Positions 25,603-38,419 of a stretch of 64,000 nucleotides of DNA are shown piece after piece. Within the stretch, counting starts at the first letter, position 1. Each line of letters starts with the position of its first letter. The translations under genes were made by a program, and so were the position numbers. Origin of the DNA: Octopus vulgaris (taxonomy: Eukaryota). The DNA lies in the NCBI GenBank assembly GCA_951406725.2, contig OX597819.1:38998001-39062000 (forward strand). The letters are read 5' to 3'. The notes beneath the pieces were generated by a model. That model worked only from the letters and a program-made list of their open reading frames with translations, did no database searches and was not told the origin of the DNA.

Positions 25603-26719
25603 GAATACAAGAAAATAAACAGAAAATGAATGAAAAAAACTTGCAGAGTTCTGTGGTCCATCATGGCAAATGATTGACAAAAAGGGAGATAATAATAAAA
25701 GAAAGAGGCTGAAAGAAAAGGAGATAATAAAGTGCTAGTGTGTGTATGTGAGAATGGTGTGTGAGTGTGTAAGTGTGTGTGAATAGGGGCAAGTGACTCA
25801 TGTGTGTGCATGTGTAATGTTTGTGTGTTGTAGAAGAGCAGTTGAGGTGTGCTTTTTCATGTGGTGTGTGCACAGGTGTATATGTGTGTCTGTGACCAAA
25901 CAGTGTGCATGTGTATGGTGTATATATATGGATGAAAGTTATCTTTGTCTATGTATGCTGTGTGTGTTAATGCATGTTGCATGTATATATATATATATAT
26001 ATATATATAGCCTGTGTTCAGGTATTATGTGCTTGTGCAGGTGTGGGAGTGTGCATGATGGTGTGTAGTGTGTGTACTGAGTTAAACAATGTGTGTGGCT
26101 GCTCATATAGTGGTATGTGTGGTGATGCTATTGAAGATTGTTTGTGGGTGTGTGGATGACAGTGTGTGGTATGGGTACTGGGAAGTGGTCAGTGCTAGTA
26201 TGTGTGGAGTGGTGTGGGGTGGTATCAAATGAAGAGAGGAGGTGAGGTGGGTGTCAGATGAAGAGAAGAGGTGAGTTGAGTCCATGAGGTGCAAAGGGCA
26301 AAGAGAAAAGATTAATTACAGTAAAGGTGGGAGCCTGGATGGCCCCAGTGCAAAAACAGTCTAGACATAGACAGATGTTGTAGTGAATGACTGGTAGAGA
26401 AAAAATGGTGCGAGAACAGGGTGTCATTGCCAAGTCTGATGTATTGGAGGTGCTCCGCGGATCAGTCAGGCAAGTGGTGTCCCATTTCACCAATGCGCAG
26501 GGGTGAGTAGGATATATATATACAGAGAGAGTAGGATATATATATACAAAAATTATTATAATTATAATTAGGGTTTAGCAAAATTGCTTCACCACATACT
26601 GAAATTTAGAAATAGCAGTTAAATATTATTCTACAATCATAAGATATCTCCCAGACAGCAATACTTTCAACTCACACAGGCAAAGAGAAAAAAATAATGA
26701 ATCCACCCGGCTTTGATTA

Positions 26720-26788
26720 ACTATACACGCGCTTCTGGATTAAAGATATGTAAAATAACTCATACCTTATTTCCGTCATCAGTATAGT
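26720..26788 (-). ncRNA. Hammerhead ribozyme, slightly decayed
   Basis: ACUAUA-CUGAUGA-CGGA...UCCA-GAAGCGCGU-G-UAUAGU with a 6-bp stem I. Confidence 0.65.
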
Positions 26789-27291
26789 ATTTTCAATTAT
26801 AAATTTGAGAGCACTGGTAATCAAGATATTTATTCAACCAAGCGCCATTGAACAAAATTAATATCCAAAAAAACCAGTACTTCCAAATTTATACATATTG
26901 ATAATATATCATTACTAATTCATACAAGTAATGGTAATAATGGTATAGAAAAAATAAGAGAGATTGAAAATGCACAGAGTACTATGTGAACATTTTTTTA
27001 AATTAAAATTAATACAATTACCTGATTTCACATTTTTATGATTTTCAAAAGTGCATTGTTCCTGATACAGTTTGTGATATGGCTCCACATTCCTCAAAGC
27101 TACTCTTTAAAAAATCGTATAAATGTGGAACTAGTTAGGTGTATAGATTTTAATAAAAATAAATCTCCATATACACACTCTGTGCATCTTCTATTTCATT
27201 CATATTATATATACAAATATATATGTATATATACATTTAATCCTTACACATTTTTTTTTCTCTCTCCATTTTTTTTTTTTACCTCTCAGTC

Positions 27292-27327
27292 CTTTCTGTT
27301 GAGGAGCATAGGCTCGAAATGTCAAAA
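27292..27327 (+). ncRNA. Variant HHR (CUGUUGA core)
   Basis: UUU-CUGUUGA-G-GAGC-AUAG-GCUC-GAAAUGU-C-AAA. Confidence 0.55.
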
Positions 27328-27409
27328 ACTTTTCCACTCTTCCTAACTAATACACCTGCTTGTTGTTCCCTTAGTTGTTTTCTTCTTTTGCTTTCTGTAA
27401 ATCTGAACA

Positions 27410-27440
27410 ACACACACGCAACACACACACACATATATAT

Positions 27441-27499
<59 letters not shown>

Positions 27500-27508
27500 C
27501 ACATACAC

Positions 27509-27542
<34 letters not shown>

Positions 27543-27547
27543 CTATA

Positions 27548-27581
<34 letters not shown>

Positions 27582-27636
27582 CTATAATATATATATATAT
27601 ATTCACACACACACATACCTATAATATACACACATA

Positions 27637-27688
<52 letters not shown>

Positions 27689-27775
27689 CTATAATATATA
27701 TATATATTCACACACACACATATATGCATACATACATGTATGCATACATACATGCATGCATACATACATGCATAT
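27410..27775. repeat. Compound (CA)n/(TA)n array with ACACACATACCTATAA subunits
   Basis: Visible directly in the sequence. Confidence 0.9.
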
Positions 27776-28647
27776 TGTGTACTTATTGCTATAAAATAAC
27801 TGTTATATATTAAACTGTAGTACAGACATTACAAAGTTAGTGAATTGACAAAATCAGTGAAGTGCTACACCAGATGTATTTAGTTGATTTTCTCCCTGTC
27901 TTGGGTTCAAACTCCATTGAACCACTTTATTTAACGAGGTAAATATCCTTTTGCTCAATCAAACACCTACTGAGGCGATAGTAAAGTCTCTATCAAATTT
28001 TAATCAAAAAACTCTTTCAGCCCTTGGATAATTAGTTTTCGCCAATTATAATTAACACAACTAAATTCACAAAGCATAAAATTTCTTGAGATGTAACAAA
28101 GTTAATTAAAAGTAATATTCTTGTCAATTTAAAAGAAATTTATATATGTTGTATATTTAATAACTGTGTTTTCATGCTAAAATGGCTTGAGTGTTAATTT
28201 GACTCATAAATAGACAAATGCCTCTGACTCTAGAATTCAGTGAATGGTTCTATTATATCTTGACCATTGTATTCCATTCTAATTATCCATACACCTGGTA
28301 AATAGTAACCAGTTTCCCTGGCAAGTTAATTTAGCAAGGAATTGTTTGTTTGTTTCTTTTGTTTTTTGCATTACCCTTTTTCTAATGGGTTTCAGTGGAG
28401 AGAGAGAGAGAGAAGAGAAGGACAGTGTGTGTGTGTGTGTGTCTGTGTGTGTGTGCATGTATTTGTGTGAGTGCATGTATTTGTGTGTATGTGTATGTCA
28501 GTGATAGTATGTGTAGAGGTGCGTTATGTACATGCAAGTGTGTGAATTTGAGTGTGAGTGTATATGTGTGTATGTGTGTGAAGATGACTGAGGGCAAGTA
28601 TGTGTGTATGTGAATGAATGTATGTGTGTGTTTGGATGATTGGATAA

Positions 28648-28689
<42 letters not shown>

Positions 28690-28888
28690 ATGATTGTATG
28701 TGTTGTATTGGCAGTAATATATAAGTATATAGGGTGTTGCAGATAGATTACTATTGATACGATGGTAGTGTGCTTCAGCAAGTGTGAAATGTTACTCACA
28801 GTTGAGCTGAGATTTGAGGATCTACTGTGCCAAGCCAGCCTAGTGTATCATAGTACAGAACAGAAGTGAATTAAATCAATTCCATACC

Positions 28889-29120
28889 TATTTCTTTATT
28901 ACCTACAAGGGGCTAAACACAGAGGGGACAAACAAGGACAGACATAGGTATTAAGTCGATTACATCGACCCCAGTGCGTAACTGGTACTTAATTTATCGA
29001 CCCCGAAAGGATGAAAGGCAAAGTCGACCTCGGCGGAATTTGAACTCACAACGTAACGGCAGACGAAATACCACTAAGCATTTCGCCTGGTGTGTTAAAG
29101 CTTCTGCCAGCTCGCCGCCT
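28889..29120 (-). mobile_element. SINE family A
   Basis: Full length, with TSD TCAATTCCATACCT. Confidence 0.9.
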
Positions 29121-29265
29121 TCAATTCCATACCTGACTGGCACTTGTTTTATTGACTTCAAAAGAATGAAAAGCAAAGTTGACCCCTGCTTGATTTGAAC
29201 TGTGAAGGCAACTGTTCAGCCAACACACCTATGGCTGAGAAATATAATTCTAGAGGTCAGAGGAC

Positions 29266-29735
29266 ATCATCATTATCATCATCATCATTGTTTAACGTCT
29301 GCTTTCCATGCTGGCATGGGTTGGACAGTTTGACAGACGACTGGCAATTCAGAAGGCCGCACCAGGCTCCAATCTGATCTAGCAAGGTTTCTACAGCTTG
29401 ATGCCCTTCCTAATGCAGAGTGCAGTGAGTGTTTTTTACATGCCACCAGCACTAGGGCCTGTCACGTGGTACTGGCATCAACAACACTCCAAGAGTGTAA
29501 TGGGTGCTCTTTTTGTGCCACCGGCACAGGAGCCAATCAGGCAGCACTGGCAATGATCATGCTCAAATGGTACTTTTTACATGCCAGCAGCATGGGGGCC
29601 AGTCAGGTAGCAATAGCAACAACCACACTCGAATGGTGCTTTTTACTTGCCACCAGCACAGGAGCCAGTCAGGTGACACTGGTCACAGTCACACTTGAAT
29701 GGTGCTTTTATGTGCCACCAGCACAGGACAAGTCA
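29266..29735 (-). mobile_element. SINE family D with internal ~60-bp tandem array
   Basis: Nin-like segment and repeated ATGGTGCTTTTTACATGCCACCAGCACAGG units. Confidence 0.8.
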
Positions 29736-30479
29736 GACATGTAGGAGTATAAATATTGTTAGCATTAATATTGGTGTCATAGTAGAAATGGTGGAACTTG
29801 TGTTGATAATTTATAGATTTCTATTTAATGGCAATTTCTGTTTACTAGAAAGTTTAAATATATTTGGTGTTCTATTTGTTCATATATCAAGCTTTACACC
29901 CGAGAAAACTGTACAGTTAAGCACCATTTGTATATAATCCATTGAAAGCTGGAACAAAAGCAAATATTTTGATCATCAGCCTAACACCCAAACCACTAAG
30001 CTATGTGCCTTCACTTAGAAAAAAAAAACGTGCAAAAAAAAAAAGAACATAAAAAGGCTTCGTTCAAGTGGTCTGAGTACTATATGTTGGTTGGCCATGC
30101 CTGTTGTGTAATATGAATCCATGCACTTCATATAAATCGAGAGTCTTGGCAGACTGACCATTCTATCTGAGAGTTGCAAAATCACATCAAATTTGACAGT
30201 GGTTACCTGAAACTAGATCAAGCAGTTTTTATTCAGCAGCTTCATGAAATTTAGAGCATTAATCCATCCTGTTATGACAGCTGTTGATTAGTAAGGGATA
30301 TATTTTAAAACTACTTCTAAAGTACTTTTCAGCTTTAAGAATGGTCATCATCTTTTTCTCTGTTATTCATTCTACAGTGATATGATATACAAACCATCAA
30401 GTTGACAGTTTATCAACAGGAATAATGAGCAGCAGAGTGCAATAGATAACAATCAGCATAAATAATGATTAATGCATAG

Positions 30480-30850
30480 AAGTAAGGAAGATTGATAGAG
30501 AGAAAAAGAGAGAGAGAGAGAAGAGAGGTGAAAAAGGAGAGAGACAAGGAGGGAGAAAGGGATGAATGAAAAGATGGAGGGTGGAAGAGAGGTTGGTAGG
30601 GAGATAATGAGAAAATATGAAACAAGAGAGCAGAAAAGGGAGAGTGTAGGAAAGGGAGGGAGAGAGGGAAGGGTCAGAGAGAGAAAGAGAGAGACAGACA
30701 GACAGACAGACGGAGAGAAAGAAAGACACAGAGGGAGAGAGAGAAGGTTGGGTCGAAAAGGGGAGAGAGAGATGGTTGAGATGAAAATGGGGGAGGGGAG
30801 GGGAAGAGAGAAGAGTGGACTGAAAAGGAAAGAGGGAGGGGAGAAAGAGA
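30480..30850. repeat. Polypurine (GA-rich) low-complexity tract
   Basis: Visible directly in the sequence. Confidence 0.9.
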
Positions 30851-31307
30851 TTACCATATTCCAATAAATAATTGATCAATGGTATTGAGAATGACAATGG
30901 TTAGATCCAGATGGCAGAATATATCGAAATTGAAAGGTGGAAACGATGGCAGGTATTTCTTGATAATACAACAACACTTTCTCTAATTGACTTTATCATT
31001 CAACCACAATCCACCCCCACTCTTATATATTTCTTTTCTTGTCATTCTCTTAGTTTGCACTGTCTATTCTTCCCCTCTAAAACATCCACACTTAATCACT
31101 TTCATTAAGGGAGATTTGAAATGGTAGTTCCGCTAGCTAAAATCTTAGGCTTCACATAACCAAGTTCAACCATGTTTCACCAACATCTGGAAAGTTCTCT
31201 AATGTACAAACCAGGACAAAATATTTTTATGAAAGAGCAGCTACAGTTTTCCAAGCAACAAGTCTTCTCTATGCACCCCCACCAATATTGTCCCAGAGAG
31301 AAGCATG

Positions 31308-31640
31308 GCCCAGTACAGCTTGGCTCAGTACAGCTTGGCTTAGTACAGCTTGGCTCAGTACAGCTTGGCTCAGTACAGTTTGGTCCAGTAGAGCATGGCT
31401 CAGTACAGCTTGGCTTAGTACAGCTTGGCCCAGTACAGCTTGGCTCAGTACAGCTTGGCTCAGTACAGCTTGGCTCAGTACAGTTTGGTTCAGTAGAGCA
31501 TGGCTCAGTACAGCTTGGCTTAGTACAGCTTGGCTCAGTACAGCTTGGCTTAGTACAGCTTGGCCCAGTACAGCTTGGTTCAGTACAGCTTGGCTCAGTA
31601 CAGTTTGGTTCAGTAGAGCATGGCTCAGTACAGCTTGGTT
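31308..31640. repeat. 15-bp minisatellite (CAGTACAGCTTGGCT) of about 22 units
   Basis: Visible directly. It produces the TEPSC, STAWL and VQLGS pseudo-ORFs. Confidence 0.95.
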
Positions 31641-31745
31641 CCATTGTCATTACAGGTGATCTCAGTCAAAAGCCTGAAAAGAGTCATGAGAGCATTTTCT
31701 TTCTGCTTCTGACTAAAAATCTATGAAGAGGACAAAAATATCAGT

Positions 31746-31907
31746 CGTAGGAGTAGCAGTGTGGTAAGTAGCTTGCTTACCAACCACATGGTTCCAGGTT
31801 CAGCCCCACTGCGTAGCACCTGGGGCAAGTGTCTTCTACTATAGCCTCTTGGGCCAACCAAAGACTTGTGAGTGGATTTGATAGACGGAAACTGAAAGAA
31901 GCCCGTC

Positions 31908-31939
<32 letters not shown>

Positions 31940-32155
31940 ATATGTTTGTGTGTCTATGTTTGTCTTCCCAACATCGCTTGACAACTGATGCTGGTGGGTT
32001 TACGTCCCTGTAACTTAGCGGTTCAGCAAAAGCAGAACGATAGAATAAGTACTAGGCTTACAAAGAATAAGTCCTGGGGTCGATTTTCTTGACTAAAGGC
32101 AGTGCTCCAGCATGGCCACAGTCAAATGACTGAAACAAGTAAAAGAGTAAAGAGA
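31746..32155 (+). mobile_element. SINE family B (tRNA head, internal microsatellite, CAAATGACTGAAACAAGTAAAAGAG tail)
   Basis: Near-identical to 38420, 47073 and 55860. Confidence 0.9.
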
Positions 32156-32454
32156 GTTGCCATATCATTCCATGTTTTTGTTACCCCTCCCCCTCTCTTT
32201 CTCCCCAAAATCCTTTTTTTCTTCACTTCTTAGGTACTTTCTGTCATCATGTTCTTGTGGACAGGAAAGTGCATAGTCTAGTGGTTAGGGCATTTGGCTT
32301 ATGACCTTGTGATTATGAGTTCAATACCTAGCAGCACATTGTGGCCTTGAGCAAGACACTTTATTTAATGTTGCTCCAGTCCACTCAGCTGGCAAAAGTT
32401 ATTAGTACCTATATTTTAATGGTTGAGTGATTAGTCTAGCCCATTGTTGTTTTT

Positions 32455-32756
32455 GTTTGTTCCTTCTCGAGCCATGCCTGGCTCATAAGGGCCGGTTTCC
32501 CGGTTTCTTGGCGTATAGGTTCCCCACCAGGATGGGACGCCAGTCTGTTGCAGGTGAGCTGCAAGATGCAGGAGGAAAGAGTGCGAGAAAGTTGTGGCGA
32601 AAGAGTCAGCAGAAATTTGCCATTACCTTATGCCAGAGCCGCGTGGAGCTTAAGTGTTTTCGCTCATAAACACACACACCGCCCGGTCTAAGATTCGAAC
32701 CAGCGATCCCTTGACCGCGAGTTCGCTGCTCTAGCCACTACGCCATGTGCCTCCAC
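32455..32756 (-). mobile_element. tRNA-derived SINE, family E
   Basis: Minus strand TGGCGTAGTGG..GGTTCGAATC, TSD CTAGCCCATTG, and a head shared with 48683. Confidence 0.8.
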
Positions 32757-33094
32757 CTAGCCCATTGGGTAGGAATTGAAATGTGCACCGAGGCTACTTA
32801 CTTTGGTTCACGCTGAAAATATGTTGATAAAAAAGAGTACAGAGATAAATAACTCGTCAAAATATGAAGTCTACTACACAGATTAAATTCCAGAAATAAA
32901 ACACTAACACCCCTAGAAAGGAATGAATGCCACAATCTAGCATTTGTATTCTCCACCCACCAGTCACACCACCACCACTAATAATCACATACTTTTCCAA
33001 TTACTTTAAAAACCATATTTCTATATTATTGGTTCAGTGGAGACAGAAGTAACAATTCCAGCACTGTGTATGTGTGTATGAAAAAACATATATA

Positions 33095-33095
33095 A

Positions 33096-33175
<80 letters not shown>

Positions 33176-33378
33176 TATATATACACATTTTATCTATCTA
33201 TCTATATATATATATATACACATTTTATCTATCTATCTATCTATCTATCTATATATATATATATATACACATTTTATCTATCTATCTATATATATATATA
33301 TACACATTTTATCTATCTATCTATATATATATATATACACATTTTATCTATCTATCTATATCTATATATATACACATT

Positions 33379-33440
<62 letters not shown>
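33095..33440. repeat. Compound repeat of ACACATTTT-(ATCT)n-(AT)n units
   Basis: About 7 units are visible. Confidence 0.9.
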
Positions 33441-33442
<2 letters not shown>

Positions 33443-33931
33443 TCATATACAAATATACATATAAATGTCTATCTGTTTATTTATTTCATTCCCCCATTCA
33501 CTGATTAGGTTTCGTTAGACTGAATGCACACACAGATACACACAGATACACACACACACAGATATACACACACACACGTGTACATACATACACACACATA
33601 ATATTCATCAATGTAATCCAACTGTGACTATCGCAAAGATCACCATTCAATAATGTAAAACAAAGATAAAATCTATCCCTCACTATAGTATTTGCATACA
33701 GACTGCAATTCAAAAATAAACTTCGTATACTGCGTTGTCAATAGATGCATATTTTTATGTTTCATCTTTCTTTTGTTTAATGCACAATGTAAGTTTGACA
33801 GATATGTAAATTCATATATGTAAATTCAATCATGAGATTTTTAAGCAGATGACATCTGTTTTTCTTTCTCAGTTTGTTATGATAAAACTATAATATATGA
33901 GCTTCTATGAGTGGAAATAAATAAATAAATA

Positions 33932-34293
33932 TACAAAAGCACCCAGAGAAAGTAAATCTCCGTCAAGGCAACACCAACATACTCTTTAAGATTAGCCAAA
34001 GATGATTTTTAAAATAAGAATATCTGAAATAAACTTGACTGCTCTCACAAATGAGAACACTGAAAATGAACCTGATCGCTCTCAAAAGTTAAATAAAAAA
34101 ATCAAGAAAATATAATCCAGAATCTTAGTCCAGATCAATCCCAAAATCTAATCAGTTTGTGCCAGTCATGAGGCCAAACATCCCTGAAAATTTCATCTGA
34201 ATCCATCGAACGGTTCTTGAGATATCTTGTCCATGAACAAACAAACAAACATGAGTGAAAACAATACCGCCACCTTTGCTATAGCAAAGGTAA
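33932..34293 (+). mobile_element. Helentron-associated (HINE/DINE-like) non-autonomous element
   Basis: ACAAAAGCAC..CTCCGTCAAGG start, (AAAC)n, and a terminal hairpin ACCTTTGCTATAGCAAAGGT. Confidence 0.5.
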
Positions 34294-34379
34294 TAAATAA
34301 ATAAATAAATAAATACATACATAGATACATACAGGTATGGCTGCATGGTAAGTAGTATGTGCCCAAGCCACATGATTTG

Positions 34380-34530
34380 TTATTGGCACAAACGTCAATA
34401 TGTTGGCTGAATGCTATTTTTCTGTTTTTGAGAATTTTGACCTAGGATCTATGCAGAGCCATCCTTTGACGTAGACTGGTTTTTGTTTGGCCTATTGCTC
34501 TTGACATCCAGAGCAGGTTAGTGCATATAC
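34380..34530 (-). pseudogene. Penelope-like GIY-YIG endonuclease remnant
   Basis: YALTCSGCQE/(frameshift)IGQTKTSLRQRMALHRS*VK..FSQHIDVC. Confidence 0.7.
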
Positions 34531-34801
34531 TCAACAAAATCGACCTTGTCCTCCTCCAATATTACCATGCAGTTACTGCTATTGAACTCTTGTATGCAAG
34601 AATTGATCTACAGAGTCATCAACACCATCACCATAAAGGAAGTATTCAACAAAGAAGAAACTAAATTCTCAGATATATGATAAAGCTGACAACAACAGTT
34701 ATATATATACATAAATACACACACACACAGGTGAGCACACAAGTGTAAAATAAGGTGGAATAATAATAAGGTGAATGTACTTGACTACAAAAGGTAGAGT
34801 A

Positions 34802-34925
34802 ATATGCTTTTATTAAAGCTCCAAAATTATCACAAGACTGTTACGTCACAACTATCCATCGAACATGAACGTGAAACTCTGAGTAACAGTCTTGTGATAA
34901 TTTTATAGCTTTAAGAAAAGTATAT
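34802..34925. repeat. 43-bp inverted repeat enclosing a decayed HHR (34851-34890, +)
   Basis: Arms at 34802-34844 and 34883-34925. The GAAAC-UCUGA-GUA-ACAGU half of the core is present. Confidence 0.65.
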
Positions 34926-35196
34926 CTATATATAACTATGTATATATATATGTATATACATATATATGTATATATATGTGTATATATATGTGTGTATATA
35001 TATATATGTGTGTATATATATATATGTATATGTGTGTATATATATATATGTATATATATGTATATATATATATGTATATATATATATATGTATATATGTA
35101 TATATATGTGTATATATATGTGTGTATATATATATGTGTGTATATATATATGTGTATATATATATGTATATATATATATATGTGTATATATATATG

Positions 35197-35229
<33 letters not shown>

Positions 35230-35310
35230 GAATATATATATATGTATATATATATATGTATATATATATATGTATATATATATATGTATATATATATGTA
35301 TATATATAAA
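34926..35310. repeat. (TA)n/(TG) degenerate microsatellite
   Basis: Visible directly in the sequence. Confidence 0.95.
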
Positions 35311-35459
35311 ATCAAAATAAGGGTGAAAAATTGGATATTAATTTAATAACACCAATTAAAACACCAAGTCGTGGTGGATTCCCTTTGCGGATCTATATCT
35401 AGCGTACGAGCGTCCACATTGTGGATTCTCTCTTATAGTTGTGTATGTATATATATATA

Positions 35460-35665
35460 GTTAATTCAAACATGAAAACACAAAGAGAAAACACAACAAT
35501 GCAAGGACGTGGAACAAGTATAGTATTATCGCACGCTCAGGAAAGGAAAGTAAGGAGGATTTAATGTTCTGAGTGGAGCTCTTCATCAGAAACATAGAAA
35601 AAGGAAAGGTCCAAGGAAGGGAAGACGGGGAAAGAAAATCGCCGATACACACGCAGTGACATATA
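35460..35665 (-). mobile_element. HHR-bearing cassette (HHR 35559-35593)
   Basis: GUUU-CUGAUGA-A-GAGCUCCACUC-AGAACAU-U-AAA. Sister copy of 4755-4965. Confidence 0.65.
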
Positions 35666-35753
35666 TATATATACACAGATAGATACATACATACATACCT
35701 ATATACATACATACATACATACATACTCATATGCATAATATATCTACCTACCT

Positions 35754-35784
<31 letters not shown>

Positions 35785-36426
35785 TTTATTTATAAGAGAG
35801 AGGTATGAAATATGGATTCAGAGAATCATTTGGTTATTACAGTAAGCCCCTCCTACGGACTCAGCTACCAATCCACAAAGTAATCAATTACGAAGTAGTG
35901 TAGTATAAATTTCCTATGCAACTGAAAATCTAGAAAATCGAAACAAATTATTCTGTGAGGAGTATATAAGGCATAAAGTCAGGAGGCTTGTGAGTTGAAT
36001 GTAGATTAATTTAACCTCGTGAAGTCCATATAATCATAGTCACTTTGCAAGCTTCTTCATGTAATATTAATTCTAGTATGCAAGAAGTTATACATTCATG
36101 TTTGCATCGATATATATTCTCAGCATTGTAGAATACAATTATATATTGACAAATTAATGCAAATAAGGAAAGCTAGCTCGTCAGCTCAGCAGAACAAGTT
36201 GGTTACATCAAGTGATGATGTAACCATAATGATCATCTGATCTGATGGGCTGGGTTGCTTTATTTGCGAACATGTACATTATAATTTCTTGCATGCTGAA
36301 ATTAATACTACATGAAGATGATTGCAGAATGGCCATAATCATATGACAGTCACGAGGGTAAATAAATCTATATTCCCTTCTCACATCTCCTGACTTTATG
36401 TTATATGTATGTATGTATGTGTGTGT

Positions 36427-36460
<34 letters not shown>

Positions 36461-36483
36461 CATACATACATACATACATATAC

Positions 36484-36515
<32 letters not shown>

Positions 36516-36653
36516 TTACATATGTATCATCAGCATCATTTAATATCAGTTTCCTATGCTGGCAAGGGTTATATACTAGTGTGTATATGTATGGTTATAT
36601 GTAAAGGCACTCAAAATAAAGACACATTTAAACTGTTTGTATGTGATGTGTGA

Positions 36654-36694
<41 letters not shown>

Positions 36695-37163
36695 TTTTTG
36701 TATATATGTGTGTGGATGTGCTCAGCTATTAATGATGAAGCTTTCTATAATTCCCTGCCAATCATGGAAGACATAGGGAATAAAAAAATTCCTTGAACAA
36801 CTCGTAAGCTGTTTAGCATCTGACTGACATAATGATGCTACAATATATGTATGTAACTCATGCTAACATGGAAAAGAAAGCTTAAAACTGTTGATGATGA
36901 TTTCATATACGTATGTACATGTATGCCTGCATGCATATATACATACATACACATACATAAAAAATCTATATAGACAGCTGTGTACAATGCGTTATTAAAA
37001 GGAAACCTATAATTGGCACTAAATATCACTAAGGTGTTAAAACACCTATATTGCTAGAAATAAGAGCTAAAAAGCTCTAATGCTGTAGTTAAAGCACATA
37101 ATTGTATACATATGTTCTGATAGGGATTGGATTGTAATTGCTCGAAAATACCGGTCAAGAAAT

Positions 37164-37216
37164 TCCCTATACTGATCAGTTACTTTCAGCTAATTCCATA
37201 GCCTCATCAGTAGGGA
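37164..37216 (-). ncRNA. Hammerhead ribozyme with 4-nt insertion
   Basis: UCCCUA-CUGAUGA-GGCUA-UGGAAU-UAGCU-GAA-[AGUA]-ACUGAUCAGU-A-UAGGGA. Confidence 0.7.
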
Positions 37217-37269
37217 CTGCACAATTCAGCTGATTCCAGACTTCTCTATGTGAATCAATGGATGGAGAG

Positions 37270-37673
37270 AAGATAGATAGGAAGATAGATAGATAGACAG
37301 ACAGAGAGACAGACAGATAGATATGTATCTTTATTAGCCACACAGGGCTGAACACAGAGGGGACATGATACAAAGTAGAGCTTTTCTGTTCGGGAAAGGG
37401 AAGGAAAGAAAGAAAGAAAAAAAGGGGGGTAGATTTTCGATCAAAAGGGATTGCAAAAAAAAAGATCGATAGATAGATAGATAGATAGAGAGATAGATAG
37501 AGAGATAGATAGAGAGACAGACCGACAGATAGATAGATATGTATCTTTATTAGCCACACAGGGCTGAACACAGAGAGGACATGATACAAAGTAGAGCTTT
37601 TCTGTTTGGGAAAAGGAAGGAAAGAAAGAAAAAAAAAGGGGGGTAGATTTTCGATCAAAAGAGATCGCAAAAA

Positions 37674-37754
<81 letters not shown>

Positions 37755-37940
37755 TAGATAGATATGTATCTTTATTAGCCACACAGGGCTGAACACAGAG
37801 GGGACATGATACAAAGTAGAGCTTTTCTGTTTGGGAAAGGGAAAGAAAGAAAGAAAGAAAGAGAAAAGGGGGGTAGATTTTCGATCAAAAGGGATCATAA
37901 AAAAAAAGATAGATAGACAGACAGACAGACAGATAGACAG
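37270..37940 (-). repeat. Three tandem ~220-bp units separated by (GATA)n/(GACA)n
   Basis: The unit GTATCTTTATTAGCCACACAGGGCTGAACACAGAGGGGAC...CGATCAAAAGGGAT occurs three times. Confidence 0.95.
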
Positions 37941-38419
37941 GTAAATAAATATATCCATCCACACTTATACACATTCACACACAAACCAAACACACACATA
38001 CAAACTGACTAAGCACCACTCGAGAATTACAAAGTAGGATGCATTAGTCCTTGGTGCTGAAAAGATTTATTCAACACTCTAATATTCAATCCATAAAATG
38101 GCTGGAATCAAAGCATGTGATGTAACCATCACTCTCTATTTTTTATCATTTCTTTATCCAAGGTGGTGAACCAGTAGAATTGTTAGCCATCAGACAAAAT
38201 GTTTAGTGGTATTTCTTCTGGCTCTCGAGATTCTAAGTTCAAATTCTGCCAAGGCTGACTTTTGCCTTTCATCCTTTCAGGTTTGATAAAATATGTACCA
38301 AATGAGCAGCAGAGTTCATTTGATCAATTCACACCCTCCCCTAATATTGCAGGCTTTGTGCCAAAATTTCAAAGAATTATTATTTATTCACTCATACTTA
38401 CCACACAGCCACTCCTATA

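Noticed and set aside
29430-29730. CRISPR-like repeat-spacer pattern
   Set aside because: The context is eukaryotic, the intervening sequences are related to each other, and the array lies inside a SINE.
30040-30207. Minus-strand open frame after TTTCAG (VTTVKFDVILQ...)
   Set aside because: No recognisable homology or donor site.
31172-31726. Cys-rich TEPSC and VQLGS repeat ORFs as a gene
   Set aside because: They are explained by a 15-bp minisatellite within a SINE, with no splice or homology support.
37176-37964. 262-aa ORF
   Set aside because: It is a tandem repeat plus (GATA)n.
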